A DNA stretch of 64,000 bases from Chthonomonadales bacterium (lineage in GTDB: Bacteria; Armatimonadota; Chthonomonadetes; Chthonomonadales; CAJBBX01). Made by a program: the position numbers and the translations under genes. The notes under the pieces are model-generated. The model had not been told where the DNA came from and made no database searches. It saw nothing but the letters and a program-made list of their open reading frames with translations. The DNA lies in assembly GCA_037443035.1 (NCBI GenBank), contig JBBIPC010000001.1, positions 160,001 through 224,000 of the forward strand, read 5' to 3'. Below are positions 58,487-64,000 of the stretch, one piece after another (position 1 is the first letter of the stretch; every line of letters begins with the position of its first letter).

Positions 58487-59521
58487 ATGATCGGCTGGGC
58501 AGTCTCGCGGCTTGTGGGTGTCACGGTTCTCCTGACGGCGCTGGCGTTTCTGAGCAACGCCCTTACGGAGAGTCTGGAGACGTATTACTTCCTGATCATT
58601 ATCCAGTGCGGCATTGCGGCAACCCTCGCTGTCAGTCTGAACCTCATCAATGGCATAACCGGCCAGTTCTCCATAGGACACGCAGGCTTCTATGCTGTGG
58701 GCGCATACGTGGGAGCTGCGTGGACCATGCTGTGGCGCCCACGTCTGGAAAGTACGCTGCCAATCCTGAGCATTGGGAGCCCGACGGGAGATATCCTCAA
58801 CCTTCTCATAGCGCTGGCTCTCGGTTCTCTGGCTGCAGCCCTGACAGGAGTAGTTGTAGGCACACCGTCCTTGAGGCTCCGCGGCGACTATCTCGCCATA
58901 CTCACACTCGGTTTTGGTGAAGTGATCCGAGTTGTGCTGCTGAACATAGACGCTGTAGGTGGGGCTAGAGGACTGACCGGCATACCGACGCTGGTAAGCA
59001 CCGGCAACCTGGCGTTTTTCTGGGTCGCCCTTGTACTCATCGCCGTCACAGTGCTGACGCGTAACCTCATGCGGACGACGCGAGGTCTGACGTGGCTGGC
59101 AGTGCGGGAAGATGAAATGGCTGCGGATGCTATGGGCGTCAATACCACGCGGGTGAAGGTGACAGCCTTCGTCATCGGGTCCGGCTTCGCAGGGGCCGCC
59201 GGAGTCTTGTACGCGCACTTCTTCACCGGCATCAGCCCAGATATCTTCGGGATGGATGTCTCGATCATGATCACCACGATGGTGGTACTCGCCGGTACAG
59301 GCAGCGTCACGGGCGCCATTATCGCAGGCATCGTCTTAACCGCGTTGCCAGAGGCCTTCCGATTCCTGAAGGACTACCGGATGCTGATCTTCTCCACCAC
59401 GCTCATCATCATCATGCTGACCCGACCACAGGGAATCCTCGGTCACAGCGAGCTGGGCTTCGGTAGCTTCTTCCGTCTCTATCGCCGACTCTCGGGTCTG
59501 CGGAGAACATCATCGGCCTAA
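58487..59521 (+). CDS. livM: Branched-chain amino acid ABC permease
   Basis: SLNL..G.TGQFSIGHAGF, LRLRGDYLAI.TLGFGE, AVREDE.AA. Confidence 0.95.
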   Translation: MIGWAVSRLVGVTVLLTALAFLSNALTESLETYYFLIIIQCGIAATLAVSLNLINGITGQFSIGHAGFYAVGAYVGAAWTMLWRPRLESTLPILSIGSPTGDILNLLIALALGSLAAALTGVVVGTPSLRLRGDYLAILTLGFGEVIRVVLLNIDAVGGARGLTGIPTLVSTGNLAFFWVALVLIAVTVLTRNLMRTTRGLTWLAVREDEMAADAMGVNTTRVKVTAFVIGSGFAGAAGVLYAHFFTGISPDIFGMDVSIMITTMVVLAGTGSVTGAIIAGIVLTALPEAFRFLKDYRMLIFSTTLIIIMLTRPQGILGHSELGFGSFFRLYRRLSGLRRTSSA

Positions 59522-60291
59522 TGGAACCGCTTCTAGAGGTCAAGTCGGTCACCAAGTACTTCGGTGGTCTCGCGGCAGTCGCCAACATCGACCTCGCGAT
59601 CCGAGAAGGTGAGCTCGTAGGGCTCATTGGCCCGAATGGGGCCGGTAAGACCACCGTCTTCAACCTGCTCACAGGTGTCTACGTACCCAACGATGGCACC
59701 ATATGCTTCGCAGGACGCGTCATCAATGGTGCAAAGCCGCATCGTGTGGCGGCGCTCGGCATCGCCCGGACCTTCCAGAATATCCGCCTATTCAAGACCC
59801 TGTCGGTCCTCGAGAATGTGAAGGTGGCAGCCAACCTGCGGGCAAGCAGTTCCTTTCTCGCGTCGGTGTTCCTGCCACCGTCACAGCAGAGGGAAGACGC
59901 AGTCATCGAACGAGAGTGTATGGACTTGCTGGATCGTCTCGGGCTGAAGGACCTGGCAGATGCACCGTCGGTGTCCCTTCCGTACGGACTACAGCGACGG
60001 CTCGAGATCGCGAGGGCGCTGGCAACGAAGCCGAGATTACTCCTTCTCGATGAGCCTGGCGCCGGGATGAACCCACACGAGAAGACGGAACTCATGGACC
60101 TGATTCGGCAGATACGCCAGGACTTCGGCTTGACAGTGCTCCTGATTGAGCACGACATGAAACTCGTCATGGGCATCTGCGAGCGCGTCTACGTGCTGGA
60201 TTACGGCGAGATCATCGCTGAGGGTACGCCGGAGGAGATCAGTCGTGATCCGAAGGTTATCGCAGCCTACCTTGGGGTAGGGGACGAGTGA
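59521..60291 (+). CDS. livG: Branched-chain amino acid ABC ATP-binding protein
   Basis: FGGL.AV, GPNGAGKTT, RTFQNIRLF, LPYG.QR, LLLDEP, IEHDM, AYLG. Confidence 0.96.
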   Translation: MEPLLEVKSVTKYFGGLAAVANIDLAIREGELVGLIGPNGAGKTTVFNLLTGVYVPNDGTICFAGRVINGAKPHRVAALGIARTFQNIRLFKTLSVLENVKVAANLRASSSFLASVFLPPSQQREDAVIERECMDLLDRLGLKDLADAPSVSLPYGLQRRLEIARALATKPRLLLLDEPGAGMNPHEKTELMDLIRQIRQDFGLTVLLIEHDMKLVMGICERVYVLDYGEIIAEGTPEEISRDPKVIAAYLGVGDE

Positions 60292-60998
60292 TGCTCTGCC
60301 TCGAACGGCTGGAAGTCCGCTACGGTGCCATCAGGGCATTGCGGGGCATAGACCTGCAGGTGCGCGAAGGCGAGATCGTTACGCTCATCGGAGCCAACGG
60401 TGCCGGCAAGAGCACCGCAATCCGAGCAATCTCAGGACTCGTACCACCATATTCCGGACGCATTGTCTACCGCGGGACGGATATCGCAGGTCTGCCGGCG
60501 CATGCCATCGTGGGTCTGGGGGTCTGTCAGAGCCCCGAAGGACGGCGAATCTTCGGCAACTTGACGGTGCGTGAGAACCTCGAGATGGGGGCGTATCTGC
60601 ACCACGGGGATGCCAGTCATATCGGCCAGAGCATGGAACGCGTTTTCGATCACTTTCCCAGGCTCAAGGAGCGTGTCAACCAGTACGGGGGCACGCTTTC
60701 GGGAGGTGAACAGCAGATGCTGGCCATCGGACGAGCGTTGATGGCACAACCTCGCCTGCTGATGCTGGACGAGCCTTCCCTGGGTCTCGCCCCGTTCCTC
60801 GTACGGCAGATCTTCGACATCATCCGGAACATCAACGAGCAAGGCGTTACGATCCTCCTCGTGGAGCAGAATGCGTATCAGGCCCTGAAGATCGCCCATC
60901 GAGGCTACGTACTCGAGACGGGTGAGATCGCGATGGAGGGAACCGCAGATGAACTACTGTCCGACGATCGAGTCCGCAGGGCGTACCTCGGTCGGTAG
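60288..60998 (+). CDS. livF: Branched-chain amino acid ABC ATP-binding protein
   Basis: GANGAGKS, PEGRRIF, LSGGEQQM, LDEPSLGLAP, VEQN. Confidence 0.96.
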   Translation: MMLCLERLEVRYGAIRALRGIDLQVREGEIVTLIGANGAGKSTAIRAISGLVPPYSGRIVYRGTDIAGLPAHAIVGLGVCQSPEGRRIFGNLTVRENLEMGAYLHHGDASHIGQSMERVFDHFPRLKERVNQYGGTLSGGEQQMLAIGRALMAQPRLLMLDEPSLGLAPFLVRQIFDIIRNINEQGVTILLVEQNAYQALKIAHRGYVLETGEIAMEGTADELLSDDRVRRAYLGR

Positions 60999-61001
60999 GT
61001 C

Positions 61002-61838
61002 ATGACAGGCGTTAGGCTGGAGGCCGATGCCAAGGATATCGTGATTGCCGTGGGAATCGCATGGCTTCTGGGTGGTGCTGTGACCGGACGAGCGCGCCAG
61101 GCGATGTGGAAGGTTGGAGCGACGCTCGTTCCCGGGAGCACCGTCACCACCCGGGTTACGTACGGGTGGCCGCTGGGAATACCACTCGGAGACACGTCCG
61201 CCGTCGAGGTTCGAACGGAGGGCGGGAGCTTGGCGGCGCTGGCGACGCTGCAGACCTCGAAGACGGCAGCCTTGCCGGCCCACGTTCGCGAGGTACGCGT
61301 TCGGGCACGCAATGTGCGCATCCTGGGTATGGACGGGTGCGACGCAGTCCTGGCCCTCGGAGGAGTAGTCCTCGACGGGTGGAGAATACTCCGAGACGCT
61401 GAATGCACGATGCTCCGATCTGGCAACGGTGAAGCCGTCGTTGTTGTGCCGGCGACGGCGGTGGCCCGATTCGCGCGAGAGAGATTGCCTGGCACTGAGG
61501 ACATTCAGGTAGGATTCAGCTCGGAAGGGTTCTCGGTTAGCGGATACAGCATCATGCCACCCGGTCGGTTCAGCGCAGTCGGTTCACTACAGGTCCGAAG
61601 CGGCCGAGAGGTCCACATCTCCTGTTCCAGAAGCTGGCTCAATGGAACGGAGGTTCCGCCATCGGCCGTGGCAGGCTTCCTGAACCGTCTCAACCCAGTT
61701 TTCACTCTCGACCAGGCGCCAGAGCTTGGGAAGCGTCTGGTACTCATGGAAGCGCGCCCAACAGAGGGAGCGGTTCGGCTCGTCCTGCGAATGCTTCCTG
61801 TTTCCCAGGCAGATCTGCCCGAAGGACACACTAAGTAA
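61002..61838 (+). CDS. Hypothetical protein, possibly LmeA/DUF2993-like lipid-binding fold
   Basis: N-terminal hydrophobic anchor, beta-rich body, LNPVF motif near the C-terminus. Confidence 0.5.
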   Translation: MTGVRLEADAKDIVIAVGIAWLLGGAVTGRARQAMWKVGATLVPGSTVTTRVTYGWPLGIPLGDTSAVEVRTEGGSLAALATLQTSKTAALPAHVREVRVRARNVRILGMDGCDAVLALGGVVLDGWRILRDAECTMLRSGNGEAVVVVPATAVARFARERLPGTEDIQVGFSSEGFSVSGYSIMPPGRFSAVGSLQVRSGREVHISCSRSWLNGTEVPPSAVAGFLNRLNPVFTLDQAPELGKRLVLMEARPTEGAVRLVLRMLPVSQADLPEGHTK

Positions 61839-61839
61839 G

Positions 61840-62940
61840 ATGACCACAGACACGAATCTCCTTCTCACGCCTCTTGCCGACGTCCACAAGGCGATGGGAG
61901 CACGCATGGTGCCATTCGCAGGATGGCTCATGCCGGTGCAATACGGCGGCGTGCTGGAGGAGACACGGGCGGTGCGTGAGCACGTTGGTGTCTTCGACAT
62001 CAGTCACATGGGCCGTTTTCGTGTGCGTGGCGAGGGCGCACTCGAACTGCTGCAGTACGCAACGACGAATGATGTGTCCGCATTGCGTGACGGCATGGCT
62101 CAATACACGCTGCTACTCGGCGATGATGGTGGCATCCTGGATGATCTCATCGTCTACCGCCTGAGCAGCACGGAATTTCTCGCTGTCGTGAATGCTTCGA
62201 ATGCGTCACGGGACTTCGACCTTCTGTCACGCCGGCTCGGTGCACGCACGGAACTAAGGGACGAGACACTGGATACGGCAATGTTGGCCATCCAAGGTCC
62301 CACGGTGGTTCAGCTCGTGAGCGCTCTGGCGGACCACGACTGCGCTCGGATTCCGCGTTTCGGCTTCAGCGCGTCGGAACTCGCCGGCACGAAGGGCACG
62401 ACCTGCCGGACTGGCTACACAGGTGAGGACGGCTTCGAGATCATTGTGTGTCGGGACGCCGCGGAACACGTGTGGCAGGCGGTCCTGGAGCTTGGCGCGG
62501 TGCCGTGCGGCCTGGGTGCACGCGACACACTGCGAGTGGAGGCGGGTTATCCTCTCTATGGGCATGAGATTCACGAAGGCACTACTCCCGTCGAGGCCGG
62601 TCTCATGTGGGCAGTCAAGTTGGACAAGGGGGACTTTCGCGGTAAGAGGGCAGTGCTTGAAGCCAAGCGAAACGGCGCCAAACGACGCCTCATGGGGCTG
62701 ATCATGGCAGGCCGCGCTATGCCGAGGCAGGGCTACCCTGTGCTGCACGGGTCAGCCAGGGCAGGGGAGGTTACTAGTGGGGCATTCTCTGTGACTCGCG
62801 AGGTCGCGGTCGGCATGGCTTACGTGGCAACGGGATCCGCCGATCCGGGGAGCCAGGTGCAGGTCCAGATCCGGGAACACCTCCATCCTGCCACCATCGT
62901 GCGGAAGAACGAGATTCTGCAGCGCAGCTCGCTGAAGTAG
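61840..62940 (+). CDS. gcvT: Glycine cleavage aminomethyltransferase T
   Basis: FAGW.MPVQY, FDISHMG, RTGYTGEDGFE, GLGARDTLR.EAG.PLYG. Confidence 0.97.
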   Translation: MTTDTNLLLTPLADVHKAMGARMVPFAGWLMPVQYGGVLEETRAVREHVGVFDISHMGRFRVRGEGALELLQYATTNDVSALRDGMAQYTLLLGDDGGILDDLIVYRLSSTEFLAVVNASNASRDFDLLSRRLGARTELRDETLDTAMLAIQGPTVVQLVSALADHDCARIPRFGFSASELAGTKGTTCRTGYTGEDGFEIIVCRDAAEHVWQAVLELGAVPCGLGARDTLRVEAGYPLYGHEIHEGTTPVEAGLMWAVKLDKGDFRGKRAVLEAKRNGAKRRLMGLIMAGRAMPRQGYPVLHGSARAGEVTSGAFSVTREVAVGMAYVATGSADPGSQVQVQIREHLHPATIVRKNEILQRSSLK

Positions 62941-62967
62941 CGCTCATAGAGACAAGGGGGTCCATCC

Positions 62968-63366
62968 ATGAACGATCCGAACATCCCGGAAGACTTGCTC
63001 TACACCGAGAGTCACGAGTGGGTACGAATCGATGGTGACGTGGCGACAGTCGGTATTACCGATCATGCACAGACAGAGCTTGGGGACGTAGTCTACCTCG
63101 ACATGCCAAAGGTGGGCACGAAACTGGAGTCCAAGGAAGTCTTCGGCACGGTCGAATCGGTCAAGACCGTCTCCGACCTGTACTCTCCTGTAAGTGGCGA
63201 GGTCATTGAAGTCAACACCGCACTGAACGAGCATAGCGAAGTAGTCAACACCGACCCCTATGGGGAAGGATGGATCATCCGTCTGAAGTTGGGGGGAGGA
63301 GCGTTGCCAGGTCACCTCCTCTCGGCGGAACAGTATCGCCGACACATCGAGGAGGGGGATCGGTGA
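62968..63366 (+). CDS. gcvH: Glycine cleavage system H protein
   Basis: HEWV, GITDHAQ..LGD, VESVK (lipoyl Lys), PYGEGW. Confidence 0.97.
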   Translation: MNDPNIPEDLLYTESHEWVRIDGDVATVGITDHAQTELGDVVYLDMPKVGTKLESKEVFGTVESVKTVSDLYSPVSGEVIEVNTALNEHSEVVNTDPYGEGWIIRLKLGGGALPGHLLSAEQYRRHIEEGDR

Positions 63367-64000
63367 GCTACACGCCACATACTGAGCGCGATCGGACGGA
63401 GATGCTCCGAACCATCGGTGTGGAGACGTTGGAGGATCTCTTCGCCTCTGTACCGCCGAAGTTCCGTCTCGAGGCTCCACTGAACCTGCCGGAGCCCATG
63501 GACGAACTGACGCTCGTTCGTCACCTCGAGGAAGTGGCGGGGCTGAACAAGTCCACGTCGGACTGGTCGTGCTTCCTGGGGGCTGGTATCTACGATCATT
63601 TCGTGCCAGCGATCGTAGACGCTCTGGCTTCGCGCGGCGAGTTTGCCACAGCTTACACCCCGTATCAGCCGGAGCTCAGCCAGGGCATGCTACAGGCCAT
63701 GTACGAGTTTCAGACGCTTATCTGCATGCTGACGGGCATGGAAATGGCCAATGCGTCTATGTACGACGCGGCCACAGCCATGGCGGAGGCAGCTCTCATG
63801 CTGGTCGAAGTGAGCGGCAGACGACGAGTGGCCGTCTCGCGGGCAGTCCATCCGCATTACCGGCAGGTAGTTCGAACCTACCTCACGGCCTCGGACGTCG
63901 AGTACGTAGAGATCCCATGCGACGAGGGCGTCACAGATAACATCCGCCTGAAGGACGCCACTGAAACACCGGCCGCCTGCTTGGTCATCCAGCAACCGAA
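63363..64000 (+). CDS. gcvPA: Glycine dehydrogenase subunit 1 (truncated by window end; absent from the ORF track)
   Basis: GTG 63363: MSYTPHT, FLGAGIYDH, TAYTPYQPELSQG.LQA.YEFQT, NASMYD.ATA. Confidence 0.95.
   Translation, partial: MSYTPHTERDRTEMLRTIGVETLEDLFASVPPKFRLEAPLNLPEPMDELTLVRHLEEVAGLNKSTSDWSCFLGAGIYDHFVPAIVDALASRGEFATAYTPYQPELSQGMLQAMYEFQTLICMLTGMEMANASMYDAATAMAEAALMLVEVSGRRRVAVSRAVHPHYRQVVRTYLTASDVEYVEIPCDEGVTDNIRLKDATETPAACLVIQQP

Noticed and set aside
57526..58557. Long antisense or off-frame ORFs (also 25849-26820, 50431-51333, 54392-55336, 30538-31416, 46467-47252)
   Set aside because: Shadow frames of well-supported genes, expected at high GC; no recognisable motifs

Overview
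GC-rich bacterial core-chromosome segment, densely coded, with many 4-nt start/stop overlaps. The gene repertoire (DUF6784/6785-type membrane protein, tandem PilT paralogues, RpoE/anti-sigma/RseB-like trio, YfhO-like and LmeA-like proteins) suggests Armatimonadota or a related Terrabacteria lineage; this is inference only. In order: xerD(partial)-radC-translin-GT2-copZ-like-beta-propeller-LD-carboxypeptidase; the minus-strand ffh-rpsP-khpA-rimM-trmD-rplS-lepB-rnhB::yraN operon with a structured leader; DegT aminotransferase; ECF sigma cluster; an orphan hypothetical-ParA-hypothetical operon; GH57; hisC-aroF; cysS/ogg/dut; orphan histidine kinase; TPR-AAA ATPase; an interrupted trp operon running into recO-rnz-mpg; split feoB with a Cys-rich ORF and feoA; cmk-plsC; ispA-membrane protein-rbsK; three pilT paralogues; MTAP-family and YfhO genes; liv ABC transporter; gcvT-H-PA(partial). 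Three tRNAs are present (Ser-UGA, Leu-UAA, Ala-GGC), none with encoded CCA. I saw no CRISPR array, IS element or prophage. Best candidates for undescribed systems: the ParB-less ParA operon with two unknown partners, the bacterial translin in the xerD-radC operon, the TPR-single-AAA ATPase, the ffh leader RNA and the Feo-associated 8-Cys protein. All family calls come from motif recognition by eye, not from database searches.
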